Below, one piece after another: positions 17,720 through 28,068 of a stretch of 40,787 bases of DNA; the stretch's first letter is position 1, and the number at the start of each line of letters is the position of its first letter. The position numbers were made by a program, and so were the translations under genes. This DNA comes from Tissierellia bacterium (GTDB taxonomy: Bacteria; Bacillota; Clostridia; Tissierellales; Sedimentibacteraceae): the NCBI GenBank assembly GCA_028700795.1, contig JAQVRY010000002.1, forward strand, positions 1 to 40,787. The letters run 5' to 3'. Below the pieces are notes generated by a model. The model did not search any database. It was not told the DNA's origin and saw only the letters and a list, made by a program, of their open reading frames with translations.

Positions 17720-18574
17720 CTATAAGTTCTGATATATACTGTTATTGTCCCAGAGTTTTTCTAAAGCATTAAAGTATTCAACTATTTCCTCTTTCTCTCT
17801 CAAGCTTATATTTATTATCAAGTGATTTATCATTGCCATAGGTACTACTAAAGAGTCAACAAATGATACAATGTTGCTTTTTGCCAATAGTGACACATCT
17901 GCCAAAGCGTAGGCAGGTGATTCTTCAGTGTCGGTAATTGCAACTATTTTTGTATTGCGTCCCTTAACAAATCTTGCAGCATCAAGTGTTGTTCTGGAAT
18001 ACCTTGGGTAACTTATAATAATTAATAAATCATCTTCTTTAATTCTTATAATTTCTTCATATAAGGAATTAACACCGCTGTTATTTAGCACTTTAGCGTT
18101 ATTCAAGATTACATCCAAATAAAACCCTAAATAATTTGACATAGTCGAAGATGTTCTAAGCCCTAATACAAATACTCTTTCAGCATCTAAAATGAGCTCA
18201 GTAGCTTTATCTAATGCTTCCATATCAAAATGTTCATATAAATAACGCAAGTTGTTCATTTCATTTTTTAAATTCTTTTTATGAAGCTTTAACTTGTCAT
18301 TTACATCATCATTAAGACCTATTCTTTGAACTGTAGTTAATTTATTTTTAATTAAAACCTGTAAAGCTTTTTGCATTTCAGGAAATCCAGAATATCCCAA
18401 GGCTGATGCAAATCTGACTACGGTTGATTCACTTACTTCTACTGTTTCAGCAATCTTTGCAGCAGTCATAAATGCAGCTTTGTCATAGTGTTCAATAATA
18501 AATTGAGCTATTAGCTTTTGTCCTCTGCTGAATTTATGAAAGTTATTTTTAATAATGCTTATTAAATCATTCAT
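17720..18574 (-). CDS. MurR/RpiR family transcriptional regulator
   Basis: HTH with VSESTVVRFASALGYSGF followed by a SIS domain (ISYPRYS, AITD). Confidence 0.92.
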   Translation of the reverse strand: MNDLISIIKNNFHKFSRGQKLIAQFIIEHYDKAAFMTAAKIAETVEVSESTVVRFASALGYSGFPEMQKALQVLIKNKLTTVQRIGLNDDVNDKLKLHKKNLKNEMNNLRYLYEHFDMEALDKATELILDAERVFVLGLRTSSTMSNYLGFYLDVILNNAKVLNNSGVNSLYEEIIRIKEDDLLIIISYPRYSRTTLDAARFVKGRNTKIVAITDTEESPAYALADVSLLAKSNIVSFVDSLVVPMAMINHLIINISLREKEEIVEYFNALEKLWDNNSIYQNL

Positions 18575-18575
18575 G

Positions 18576-19112
18576 TTACCCTCTTGCTAATTTAATACCT
18601 TCTTCAAATGCATCCGTGTTTTTCTGAACTGTATGAGCTGGGACTCTTTCAGTTATGGAGCGTATCATAATATCCTTATCAATTATGCCTTCTCCCATCA
18701 ATTCATAAATTGCACCTAATGAGATTATATTAGCTACCAATTGCGTTTCAAATTTCTCCTGTGCAGTTCTCAATATGGGAAGAGTATATACTTTAAATGT
18801 TTCGTCTCCCGATAGTTTAACACTTTCATCAACTATTAGTATACCATTTGTTTCCAAAGATGAATTGTATTTATCGTATGCTTTTTGAGTAAGAGAAAGA
18901 AGTATATTTGCCCTTGTTATTTTTGGGTAATTTATTTCATCATTGCTCAAAATTACTTCCGCTTTACTTGCACCGCCTCTTGCTTCAGGTCCATACGACT
19001 GAGTTTGTATAGCATTTAATCCTTGTTCAACTCCGGCATTCGCTAATATAATAGCTGCTAATATAACTCCCTGTCCACCTGAACCGCTAAGTCTTATCTC
19101 TAACTTTTTCAT
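18576..19112 (-). CDS. 2-oxoacid:ferredoxin oxidoreductase gamma subunit
   Basis: GSGGQG and SYGPEARGGAS. Confidence 0.92.
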   Translation of the reverse strand: MKKLEIRLSGSGGQGVILAAIILANAGVEQGLNAIQTQSYGPEARGGASKAEVILSNDEINYPKITRANILLSLTQKAYDKYNSSLETNGILIVDESVKLSGDETFKVYTLPILRTAQEKFETQLVANIISLGAIYELMGEGIIDKDIMIRSITERVPAHTVQKNTDAFEEGIKLARG

Positions 19113-19123
19113 TTCATATCCCC

Positions 19124-19939
19124 CTATCCTTGAAGTTTATCAATAATAACTTGATAACTTTCTGTATATTCAGGCTGTGGATTGTTGTAAAATTCTCCAA
19201 TTATAATTTTATTCTTGCCTTTTTCAGGATCTTTATCAACTACTTTTTTATCAACACAATTTTCCTTTAAAAAAGTATGCATTTTGAAAGCACTGCCCTT
19301 TTTGTTTCTTCTTCCGTAATATGTTGGACATAAGCTTAAACCTTCTATAAACGAAAATCCTTTGTTTTGTATTCCGTTTTCTATTAATTTTTGCATAAGA
19401 GGTGCATGGTAAGCAGTTCCTCTGCCTACATAGGTAGCTCCTGCTCCTTGAGCCAAGCTGCAAAGATTAAAAGATTTATCTATATTGCCATAAGGTGTAG
19501 TGGTTGCCAGATCTCCAAAAGGAGTAGTAGGTGAAAATTGTCCACCCGTCATTCCATAAATGTTATTGTTAAAAACTACTGCTGTTATATCAATATTTCT
19601 TCTTGAGGCATGTATGAGGTGATTACCTCCAATAGCCGAACTGTCGCCGTCTCCCATGATTACAATAACGTGAAGTTTGGGATTTGCAAATTTAATACCT
19701 GTTGCAAAAGCCAATGCTCGTCCATGAGTTGTATGCAGTGTATTGAAATCTAGATAGCCTGGAGCTCTTGATGAGCAGCCGATACCTGAAACTATTACTA
19801 CTTCATCTTTATTAAGTCCTAATTTATCTACTGCCCTCACTATAGTATTTGTCAAAGTGCCATGTCCGCATCCTGGGCACCATATATGAGGAAGCTTGTT
19901 TGCTCTGTAATATTTTTTAGTTGTTTCGTTACAGTTCAT
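19124..19939 (-). CDS. 2-oxoacid:ferredoxin oxidoreductase beta (TPP-binding) subunit
   Basis: WCPGCG, SGIGCS and GDGD...NNNIYGMTGGQ. Confidence 0.93.
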   Translation of the reverse strand: MNCNETTKKYYRANKLPHIWCPGCGHGTLTNTIVRAVDKLGLNKDEVVIVSGIGCSSRAPGYLDFNTLHTTHGRALAFATGIKFANPKLHVIVIMGDGDSSAIGGNHLIHASRRNIDITAVVFNNNIYGMTGGQFSPTTPFGDLATTTPYGNIDKSFNLCSLAQGAGATYVGRGTAYHAPLMQKLIENGIQNKGFSFIEGLSLCPTYYGRRNKKGSAFKMHTFLKENCVDKKVVDKDPEKGKNKIIIGEFYNNPQPEYTESYQVIIDKLQG

Positions 19940-21075
19940 TATTTATTACCTCCTATTGCTTTAACAATTTCTTCAGGAGTGATTAATTCACCATTTACTT
20001 TATTTATACTTTTAACTGTACAATTTTTGCATGCAATCCTTTCAACTTCAAGGACATACTGTCCTAAGTTCATTTCTGCAACATATATTTCTTTTGCGTT
20101 TAATGAAACTTTGTTTACTTGTTTTTCTAAGAAAGGCCAAATGGTTATGGGTCTGAATAAACCTGCCTTAATATTTTGTTTCCTAAGATCGTCTACGGCA
20201 CTTTTAGCTGACCTTGATACTCCACCGTATGCGATTATAACAATCTCTGCATCTTCTAATTTATATTCTTCATAATATGAAAAATCATCTATATTTTTAT
20301 CAACTTTATCAACTAGTCGTCTGACTAATTTTTCAGATATTTCATTGTTGTTTGTTGGAAAACCAGTTTCATCATGAGTAAGTCCAGATACATGGTATCT
20401 GTATCCTTCTCCGAATGGTGCCATTGGAGGTATCATGTCTTCATCAGGCCTGTAAGCAACATAATCCTCAGGCTTGCATGTTGGTTTTTTTCTGTCTATT
20501 ATTTCTATTTCCGAAGCATCTTTAAAAGCCATTTTCTCCCTCATATGTCCTACGGTTTCATCCATAAGAAATATGACTGGAGTTCTGTATTTTTCTGCTA
20601 AGTTAAATGCTTTGACAGTATATTCAAATGTTTCTTGAACAGAGTTAGGAGTTAAGGCTATAGCCGGATGGTCTCCATGCGTTCCCCACTTTGCCTGCAT
20701 TACTTCACCTTGGGCAGGAGATGTGGGAAGTCCTGTACTTGGTCCCCCTCTTTGCACATTTACAACAACACAAGGTATTTCAGTAATAGCTGCATATCCT
20801 ATGTTTTCCTGCATTAAAGAGAAACCCGGGCCGCTTGTTGCAGTCATTGTTTTTTTACCTGCAAGCGAGCCTCCTATAATTGCAGCCATACTTGCAAGTT
20901 CATCTTCCATCTGTATGAATCTGCCTCCAAGCGCTGGCAGCTTTTCTGCAGATATTTCCGCTATTTCTGTTGATGGTGTTATGGGATAACCGGCAAAAAA
21001 TCTCATACCGGCAGCTAATGCACCTTCAACGCAAGCTTCATTTCCTTGAACTAATTTGTATCCCTCTTTATTCAT
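19939..21075 (-). CDS. 2-oxoacid:ferredoxin oxidoreductase alpha subunit
   Basis: YPITP, QMEDE, TSGPG and QRGGPSTG. Confidence 0.93.
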   Translation of the reverse strand: MNKEGYKLVQGNEACVEGALAAGMRFFAGYPITPSTEIAEISAEKLPALGGRFIQMEDELASMAAIIGGSLAGKKTMTATSGPGFSLMQENIGYAAITEIPCVVVNVQRGGPSTGLPTSPAQGEVMQAKWGTHGDHPAIALTPNSVQETFEYTVKAFNLAEKYRTPVIFLMDETVGHMREKMAFKDASEIEIIDRKKPTCKPEDYVAYRPDEDMIPPMAPFGEGYRYHVSGLTHDETGFPTNNNEISEKLVRRLVDKVDKNIDDFSYYEEYKLEDAEIVIIAYGGVSRSAKSAVDDLRKQNIKAGLFRPITIWPFLEKQVNKVSLNAKEIYVAEMNLGQYVLEVERIACKNCTVKSINKVNGELITPEEIVKAIGGNK

Positions 21076-21269
21076 TTTTTACCTCCAATCCAAATAGCAT
21101 TGTCCGGACATCTCAGTTCGCACTGTCCACAAAGAATACATTTGTCCCTGTTAGCTATGAAACATTTGTTGTCTTTAATTTCCAGTACTTTTGTTGGACA
21201 AAAACCGACGCATACACCACAACCTTTGCACCATGGTATATTTTGTAAAAGAATTCTTTCATCAGCCAT
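21072..21269 (-). CDS. 2x[4Fe-4S] ferredoxin-like delta subunit
   Basis: Two CxxCxxCxxxCP motifs; GGAGG RBS. Confidence 0.9.
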   Translation of the reverse strand: MADERILLQNIPWCKGCGVCVGFCPTKVLEIKDNKCFIANRDKCILCGQCELRCPDNAIWIGGKK

Positions 21270-21299
21270 ATAGCTCCTCCATATAATTTCGTTATAATA

Positions 21300-21327
21300 A
21301 TTATAACATATTCATGAATTTTTGCAA
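21300..21327 (-). promoter_or_regulatory. sigmaA-type promoter of the oxidoreductase operon
   Basis: TTGCAA-N16-TATAAT with an extended -10 TG. Confidence 0.55.
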
Positions 21328-21477
21328 GAAATATATCAAATAATACTACATATTGCAAGATATATTTCATAATCTGCATATATTTGTCAGGCAAACGTTT
21401 ATTATGACAAAATTTAGTTGTTTGAGTAAGTTTTATGCAAGAAAAGTACAAGTAGTATCAATTAAATTGACGAAGAG

Positions 21478-22188
21478 TTACCTCTTTAAATATTTTATTT
21501 CATCATCGGTTAAATATATCCATTGTCCTTCCATCAATCCGCCTAAATTTATATTACCAAAGGATATTCTTTTTAGTTTAATCACTCTGTGACCTATCTT
21601 CTCAAACATTTTTCTTACCTGTCTGTTTTTACCCTCATGAATACTTATTTGCACAGATGTATTCTTTTGGGAGCGATTTATCAATTTTACTTTGGCAGGA
21701 GCGGTTTTGTAACCGTCAATTAAAATACCGTTTTTTAATATGTTTATAGAATCCTCACTTATACTTCCTTTAATATCTGCCTCATAGGTTTTGAAGATGT
21801 GATATTTGGGATGCATTAATTTGTTGGCAAGGTCTCCATCATCAGTTAGTAACAGTAATCCGGAAGTATCGTAATCAAGTCTCCCTATGGGATAAATTCT
21901 TTCTTTAATATTAACTAAATCAAGAACAGTTTTGCGATTGAACTGGTCCTTGACAGTAGTAATATATCCCTCAGGCTTATACAATTTTATGTAGATATGT
22001 TCTTCTTTTTCCTGTATCCTTTTATTGTATACGGTAACGACATCCTTTTCAGGAGATATCTTACTTCCAAGCTCTTTTACAATTATTCCGTTAACTTTTA
22101 CATTGCCTTGTAAAATTATTTCCTCAGCTTTACGTCTTGAAGCAATTCCGCAGCGAGCTATATACTTTTGCAGCCTTTCTTCTTTCAT
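21478..22188 (-). CDS. rluB: rRNA pseudouridine synthase (RluB/RsuA family)
   Basis: S4 domain ERLQKYIA..SRRKAE, GRLD catalytic motif and EGKNRQVR. Confidence 0.88.
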   Translation of the reverse strand: MKEERLQKYIARCGIASRRKAEEIILQGNVKVNGIIVKELGSKISPEKDVVTVYNKRIQEKEEHIYIKLYKPEGYITTVKDQFNRKTVLDLVNIKERIYPIGRLDYDTSGLLLLTDDGDLANKLMHPKYHIFKTYEADIKGSISEDSINILKNGILIDGYKTAPAKVKLINRSQKNTSVQISIHEGKNRQVRKMFEKIGHRVIKLKRISFGNINLGGLMEGQWIYLTDDEIKYLKR

Positions 22189-22297
22189 AATCTCATGACA
22201 TCTCCCTTTATAGTAATCTCTTAATATTATATAATAAACATATAGATATGTAAATTAATAACCTGTCCATTATTACGAGAACGGGAATGGCGTTATA

Positions 22298-22317
22298 AAA
22301 CCCGCGAGAGCGGGTTT
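22298..22317 (-). terminator. Intrinsic terminator after dacB
   Basis: aaacccgc-gaga-gcgggttt hairpin at the stop codon. Confidence 0.75.
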
Positions 22318-23350
22318 ATTTAGTAATCAGGCATCCTGTGTGAATCTTGGTTTTCCCCAAATATATGTTGTAGGTTCCGCATGTTTTAGTATCTGAATCA
22401 TTTGACAAAAGCTCCGGTTCAATTAATGCTTCAAAACGGATTTGTTTTATTTCTTTATCCGTCAATACACATCTAAAGCTGTCTTCTATAAAGACAGGGC
22501 TTTTTTCAGAAGTATATTTTACAAACTGCTCTTTTTCAACTATGCTGTAGCATTTGTAATTTTCAAAAGCCCAATCGAAGATTTGATAACTGTCGTTAAA
22601 CCAATTGTTGTCATTGAGAAGTACTGCTATAATTTCAGTACCATCCTTTTCTGCAGATGCTACTAAACATCTTCCTGCTGCTTTTGTATATCCTATTTTG
22701 ATTCCAGTACCATATTTATACTGATAAACAACTTTATTTTTATTATAGAAAATATTGTTCATACTTTCAGCCTTATATTTTTCAGCAGTCGCAATTTCCC
22801 GGAATGTAGCATTCTTCATAGCATAGGCACTTATAAGCGCTAAGTCATATGCTGTTGAATAATGATTATCATGATGAAGACCGTTAGCATTTTCAAAATT
22901 TGTGTCTAAAGCGCCTAATTCTTCAGCTTTTTTATTCATCATTGATATAAAGCCTTCCGGATCATTTCTGCCGGCAAATTTAGATAAAGTTGCTGCTGCA
23001 TCGTTTCCGGAGCGAAGCATGGTTCCATATAGCAAATCAATTATCGACACTGTTTGCTTAGGTCTTAAATAGATGCTGGAGCCCTCTATGCCTGAACATT
23101 CAGGTGGCACCTCTATTTTTTGGTTTAAATCTTCGATGGTTTCAATTGCAAGAATTGCTGTCATTATTTTAGTTGTGCTTGCAATGGGCAGTTTTATGTT
23201 TGCATTATGGGATTTAAGAATTCTTCCCGACTGTGCATCTATCACTATGTACGCTTGTGCTGTAACACCGGGCATAGCTCCAATTTGCGTAAATTGGCAA
23301 GAAAAAATAAATATGACTATCAACAAAGCGATTATTCTTTTAAATATCAC
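22316..23350 (-). CDS. dacB: D-alanyl-D-alanine carboxypeptidase (DacB-like)
   Basis: Signal peptide, STTK, SGN and KIG (KTG variant); sits in the scpB-ytfJ-dacB-rluB context. Confidence 0.8.
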   Translation of the reverse strand: MIFKRIIALLIVIFIFSCQFTQIGAMPGVTAQAYIVIDAQSGRILKSHNANIKLPIASTTKIMTAILAIETIEDLNQKIEVPPECSGIEGSSIYLRPKQTVSIIDLLYGTMLRSGNDAAATLSKFAGRNDPEGFISMMNKKAEELGALDTNFENANGLHHDNHYSTAYDLALISAYAMKNATFREIATAEKYKAESMNNIFYNKNKVVYQYKYGTGIKIGYTKAAGRCLVASAEKDGTEIIAVLLNDNNWFNDSYQIFDWAFENYKCYSIVEKEQFVKYTSEKSPVFIEDSFRCVLTDKEIKQIRFEALIEPELLSNDSDTKTCGTYNIYLGKTKIHTGCLITK

Positions 23351-23720
23351 TATCCTTTTTCTCCCTTACTTCTTTTATGAATGACATAATGTTCATAATG
23401 GATGATGTAATATCTCCTGCGGTTGTTTCATTGTTAATATTTATAGTCCTTACATCATTATCCGGTGTTTCATAAATAAGAATTTGTGGGTTTAATTGAA
23501 GATTGACATAAGCTGCTCCTGCAAAGGGTTTTAAATCAACTGTACGAAATTTTTTGTCTATATCGCTGCCTCCTATTATGAAATTCATATTAAGCTTGGA
23601 TATTGCTAAATAATTGGTATTGTCATATAATATTTTACTGCTTATGAGCTTTTCATTTCCCGTCAAATTATTAATATTGTCCAAGGTTGTTTTAATTATA
23701 CTTTCTATGTCCTTACTCAT
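23340..23720 (-). CDS. GerW/YtfJ family sporulation protein (divergent)
   Basis: IESIIKTTLDNI and ISKLxMxFxxGGS pattern, position before dacB. Start moved to MSKD (AAGGGG RBS). Confidence 0.6.
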   Translation of the reverse strand: MSKDIESIIKTTLDNINNLTGNEKLISSKILYDNTNYLAISKLNMNFIIGGSDIDKKFRTVDLKPFAGAAYVNLQLNPQILIYETPDNDVRTININNETTAGDITSSIMNIMSFIKEVREKKDSDI

Positions 23721-23830
23721 CTTATCCCCTTTCTTTTTGGAAATCAATATAACGAGGCATACATTCACAATCGGTATCCCATGCCTCGTTGAAACTATGC
23801 TTATTGCATAGCAATTTCTTTCGATGTTTT

Positions 23831-23860
23831 AATTATGCCCCAAAAAAAAAGAATTATAAC
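23831..23860 (-). promoter_or_regulatory. Possible forespore sigmaF/G-type promoter for gerW
   Basis: GTTATA...GGGCATAATT resembles the sigmaF consensus. Confidence 0.35.
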
Positions 23861-23908
23861 AAAAAAGTATCCTTACACCCCCTAGGCATAAAGATACTTA
23901 TTGAACAA

Positions 23909-24283
23909 TTATCCGTTTAGCAGTGAGCTTTTAAGCATTCTGTTTACTACCACAAATTCAACTGCAAAGGATTGTTTTTCCAATATACATTCAGGATAGA
24001 GAAAAATATCTTTCACATAAAATATATTAAATACTTTTTTTATATGCTTAAAATATTTTAAATATTTGTTTGTCTTTTGTTTTAATTCCGGATATTTATA
24101 TCTGTCAATAATTTTTTTTGTATCAAAATAATTAATTCTTTTTTCATACTCATGTTTCTTTCTAAAAACTATTACATAAAAATAAATATGTAAAAAATAA
24201 AAAGTAATATTTATTTTAATTAAACACTTGATATTTAAATATAAAAATATAAGTCCCCCCACAAGAACTATCAATATTCCCAT
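23909..24283 (-). CDS. Hypothetical membrane-anchored protein in the YtfI/DUF2953 position
   Basis: N-terminal hydrophobic segment, AGGAG RBS, located between scpB and ytfJ. Confidence 0.55.
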   Translation of the reverse strand: MGILIVLVGGLIFLYLNIKCLIKINITFYFLHIYFYVIVFRKKHEYEKRINYFDTKKIIDRYKYPELKQKTNKYLKYFKHIKKVFNIFYVKDIFLYPECILEKQSFAVEFVVVNRMLKSSLLNG

Positions 24284-24295
24284 AAATAAGTCTCC

Positions 24296-24835
24296 TTAAG
24301 ATGACAGCTCCCCCGTCTCCTTGTCATCATGAATGTCTCCGATATTTGGTAATTCATCAATGGAACTTAAGCCGAAATGTCTTAGAAATTCATCTGTTGT
24401 GGCAAAAATTACGGGTCTGCCGGGCTTATCAAGTCTTCCCACTTCTTTTATCAGTCCCTTATCAATAAGCCCTTTTACTACCTGAGAGCACTTGACTCCT
24501 CTTATTCTTTCAATTTCAACCTTTGTAACAGGTTGCTTGTATGCAATTATGGACAATGTTTCCATTGCTGCGGTAGACAAACTTTTATTTACCGTAGTTT
24601 CCAAGAGACTCTGAATATATTCATAATTTTCTTTTTTGGTAGTCAGCTGATACGTATCACCAAATTTTTGAATATTAAGACCTCTGTCTTCATCGACATT
24701 GAATTCACTCATCATTTCATCTAAAACTAATGTGATGCTGTGAACAGGCATATCTAAAATTTTTGATATTTCATTTATGCTTAAGGGCTCTCCCCAAGCA
24801 AACATCAAGCTTTCCAAAACACTTTTTATATTCAT
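24296..24835 (-). CDS. scpB: SMC-Scp complex subunit ScpB
   Basis: LSxAAMETLSIIAYKQPVTK, IRGV and TTDEFLRHFGL. Confidence 0.95.
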   Translation of the reverse strand: MNIKSVLESLMFAWGEPLSINEISKILDMPVHSITLVLDEMMSEFNVDEDRGLNIQKFGDTYQLTTKKENYEYIQSLLETTVNKSLSTAAMETLSIIAYKQPVTKVEIERIRGVKCSQVVKGLIDKGLIKEVGRLDKPGRPVIFATTDEFLRHFGLSSIDELPNIGDIHDDKETGELSS

Positions 24836-24843
24836 TTTCTCTC

Positions 24844-25560
24844 CTATTTTGCAATTATTATATCTCCATACATATTATCCTGGTATATTTTCATTCCTTT
24901 ATTGTTTGAAAGTTCCAATATGGCTAAAAATAATGTTACAATATATTCTTTTGATATGCTTTCTTTTTCTTGGAAAGTATTGAATAATGAAACCTTCCCT
25001 AATTTCTTTATTTTCTTTACAATGTCCTCCATACATGTCTTGACACTATAACTTTCTCTGTATAATTTAAACTTTTCTTCCGGCTCAATTTTAAAATTTT
25101 GTTTTTTAATCAAAGATAAATATACATTGTACAGTTCATAAACATTTATTTCATTTAAAAAAAGCTGTTCCGTCTTGGTATCTGAGGTTAAAGCCATTTC
25201 CTCTCTGGGTTTGGAAATGTAGAAACTGCTCTCGTCTTCATATTTTTTCAATTCTTCCGAAACATCTCTAAACATTTTGTATTCCAATAGTTTAGTTATT
25301 AATTCCTGCCTCGGGTCTTCATCTTTTTCCTTCTGAGGCAAAAGCATTTGAGATTTTATTTCAATTAAGGTTGCTGCCATAAATATAAATTCGCTTGCAA
25401 CATTCATATTGAATTGCATCATTTCTTCAAGGTATTCTAAATATTGATCCGTTATTTCTGAAATTGGTATATCATAAATATCAATTTCTTTTTTCTCAAT
25501 AAGATGAAACAACAAATCAAAAGGTCCTTGAAAAACGTTTATATTTACAGAATAATTCAT
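24844..25560 (-). CDS. scpA: Segregation/condensation protein A
   Basis: FQGPFDLLFHLI, IKSxMLLP, DPR and FLAILEL. Confidence 0.95.
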   Translation of the reverse strand: MNYSVNINVFQGPFDLLFHLIEKKEIDIYDIPISEITDQYLEYLEEMMQFNMNVASEFIFMAATLIEIKSQMLLPQKEKDEDPRQELITKLLEYKMFRDVSEELKKYEDESSFYISKPREEMALTSDTKTEQLFLNEINVYELYNVYLSLIKKQNFKIEPEEKFKLYRESYSVKTCMEDIVKKIKKLGKVSLFNTFQEKESISKEYIVTLFLAILELSNNKGMKIYQDNMYGDIIIAK

Positions 25561-25573
25561 TTTCAGCCATCCT

Positions 25574-26728
25574 TTATCTTATTGTAGTTTTTAAGTAATT
25601 GTTTATAAAAAATTTAAATAAATTTTCCTTTTCAATATTTGTTTCCGGATACAATTCAAATTCGCCTAAAATCTTACCATCCTTGGATAAAATGGCTGTT
25701 CCTATTTTTGTATCCATGGTTAAAGGAGCTTTAAGATTTTCATCTATTACATATTCTAAATTAAAATCTTCAACCTTGCAATTACTTTCTGTAAAATAGT
25801 TGATATTTTCCTTTGAAACTATGTTAATTGTCTCTTCTTTTCCACAATAAACAGGTGTTGTTGTAATTACATCTCCTGTTTTATGGAAAATAATATTCTT
25901 ATAATTGGCAAATCCTTCATTCAATAATTTTGTAACTTCATTAAAACGAATTTTTGTGTTATCACATCCAAGGACTACGGCAATTAATGTAGTGTCATTT
26001 CTTTTTGCAGCTGCCGATAAGCAATATTTTGCCTCAGTTGTATAACCTGTCTTGCCCGCCAGTAAGCCGTCATAATTATTTATCAGCCTGTTTGTGTTTA
26101 CCAATACTTGCTCAGAATCCTTTTCTTTGCCTACATATACTGAATCCATCCAGGTAAGCATATATTCATCCATAAAATTATACTTCAACAGCTCCCGTGT
26201 CATTATAGCTATGTCATTTGCCGTTGTCAGATGTTCCGGGTCAGGAAGACCTGTAACATTAAGAAATATGGTATCATTCATACCTAATTCCTTGGCTCTT
26301 TCGTTCATTGCCTTAACACAGCTTTCTACGGAGCCGTACATAAATTCAGCCATAGCAACGGATGCATCGTTGGCTGAGCGCATGGATATAGCTTTAAGCA
26401 TGTTCTCTACAGTTTGAACTTCATATGCTTCAAGATATATCTGGCTTCCTCCCATACCCGCCGCATTTTCCGATATAGTCATTTCCTGGTCTAATGTCAT
26501 TTGACCATCATCCATTCTTTCGGAAATCAAAACCATAAGCATTATTTTAGTAATACTTGCAGGCTGCATTTTATCATTAGCATTTTTTTCAAACAAAATT
26601 TTTCCGTCATCTGCATTAATTAATATGGCAGAACGGGATTGCATGTCCTCAGGTTCAATTCCATATGCGGGAACAACCATTATATTTAAGATAATAAATA
26701 TAAAAAATATGGTTAAAATTTTCTTCAT
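25574..26728 (-). CDS. dacF: D-alanyl-D-alanine carboxypeptidase (DacF-like)
   Basis: PASITK, MGGSQIYLE, SAN, LVNTNRL and KTG. Confidence 0.85.
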   Translation of the reverse strand: MKKILTIFFIFIILNIMVVPAYGIEPEDMQSRSAILINADDGKILFEKNANDKMQPASITKIMLMVLISERMDDGQMTLDQEMTISENAAGMGGSQIYLEAYEVQTVENMLKAISMRSANDASVAMAEFMYGSVESCVKAMNERAKELGMNDTIFLNVTGLPDPEHLTTANDIAIMTRELLKYNFMDEYMLTWMDSVYVGKEKDSEQVLVNTNRLINNYDGLLAGKTGYTTEAKYCLSAAAKRNDTTLIAVVLGCDNTKIRFNEVTKLLNEGFANYKNIIFHKTGDVITTTPVYCGKEETINIVSKENINYFTESNCKVEDFNLEYVIDENLKAPLTMDTKIGTAILSKDGKILGEFELYPETNIEKENLFKFFINNYLKTTIR

Positions 26729-26788
26729 AAAACTACCTCCTTTTTATGTAGAATAACCATATTTTGTTGATTCATACATTAAATTGGC

Positions 26789-26795
26789 TGTCGAA
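26789..26795. promoter_or_regulatory. Candidate Spo0A box upstream of dacF
   Basis: Perfect TGTCGAA in a short intergenic region; a 7-mer can occur by chance. Confidence 0.35.
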
Positions 26796-26806
26796 AAAGC
26801 TGTTAT

Positions 26807-27994
26807 TTAGTCTATTTCCCGGTTTTTAATTATTTGGCTTTTCACACTTATCCCTTTAATGTCGTTTTCAATATCAAAAATATCCAATACAGTCTTGCCT
26901 ATGGATGCAAAAGTGTCAAGTATTCCTAAATTGTTGTTTTCCTTAATATTTTTTCCATAGAATATTAGAGGAATATATTCTCTTGAATGATCCGTACTGG
27001 AAGTTGTAGGGTCACAACCATGGTCTGCTGTAATAATCAAAACATCGTCTTCTTTCAGATTAGCTATTATTTCCGGAAGCTTTCGGTCGAAATCCATAAG
27101 GGCTTCAGCATATCCCTGAACATTGTTTCTATGACCGTAAATCATGTCAAAATCTACAAGATTTGTGAATATCAAACCTTCGAAATTTTCTTTTAAAACT
27201 TGAATTAATGCTTCGATTCCTTCTTCATTATTTTTAGTATGATTAGAATCTGAAATACCTTTATTAACAAATATATCTTCTATTTTTCCAATTGCATAAA
27301 CTTCTCTGCCGCTGTTTTTTACAAAATCAAGCATAGTATCGTTGTAAGGCTTTAACGAGAAATCTCTTCTATTGCCTGTTCTTATGAAATTACCTTCTTC
27401 ACCGATAAAAGGTCTTGCAATAACTCTACCTACTCCATGCTCACCTTGAAGCATCATTCTTGCATTTCTGCAAATATTATAGAGTTCTTCTAAGGTAACC
27501 ACTTCTTCATGAGCAGCTATTTGAAATACGCTGTCAGCAGATGTATAAACTATTATATTCCCCGTTTCCACATGCTCCTTACCTAATTCCTTGATTATTT
27601 CAGTGCCTGAAGCAGCATAATTTCCTATAACTTTTCTATCGATTTTTTTTTCGAATTCTGAAATCAGCTCCTCGGGAAATCCATCAGGATATGTAGGGAA
27701 TGGTTTATCTAAAATCAGTCCACTGATTTCCCAGTGTCCGGTTGTGGTATCCTTACCCTTTGACTTTTGATTGCATTTTGCCACAGAACCTAAAAAAGAG
27801 TCTGAGCTTTTTAAATCTTCAAATCCATCAATATTTAAAATACCTAAATTTTCTAAGTTCGGCAATGAAAAATTTTGTGCATGCTTGTATATATTTTTTA
27901 GTGTATTGCTGCCTTCATCGCCATAATCGGCAGCATCGGGAAGCTCGCCTGCTCCCACGCTGTCTAATACTATCAATACTGCTCTTTTTATCAT
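26807..27994 (-). CDS. deoB: Phosphopentomutase
   Basis: [28 protein letters not shown] and TADHGCDP. Start moved to MIKR (AAGGAG RBS). Confidence 0.95.
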   Translation of the reverse strand: MIKRAVLIVLDSVGAGELPDAADYGDEGSNTLKNIYKHAQNFSLPNLENLGILNIDGFEDLKSSDSFLGSVAKCNQKSKGKDTTTGHWEISGLILDKPFPTYPDGFPEELISEFEKKIDRKVIGNYAASGTEIIKELGKEHVETGNIIVYTSADSVFQIAAHEEVVTLEELYNICRNARMMLQGEHGVGRVIARPFIGEEGNFIRTGNRRDFSLKPYNDTMLDFVKNSGREVYAIGKIEDIFVNKGISDSNHTKNNEEGIEALIQVLKENFEGLIFTNLVDFDMIYGHRNNVQGYAEALMDFDRKLPEIIANLKEDDVLIITADHGCDPTTSSTDHSREYIPLIFYGKNIKENNNLGILDTFASIGKTVLDIFDIENDIKGISVKSQIIKNREID

Positions 27995-28068
27995 TTGGTC
28001 TCCTTTATTCGTATATATCTTGAGAATTTTCTCTGTGATTGTCATCTTTCGCTTTGCTCAATATAGCA

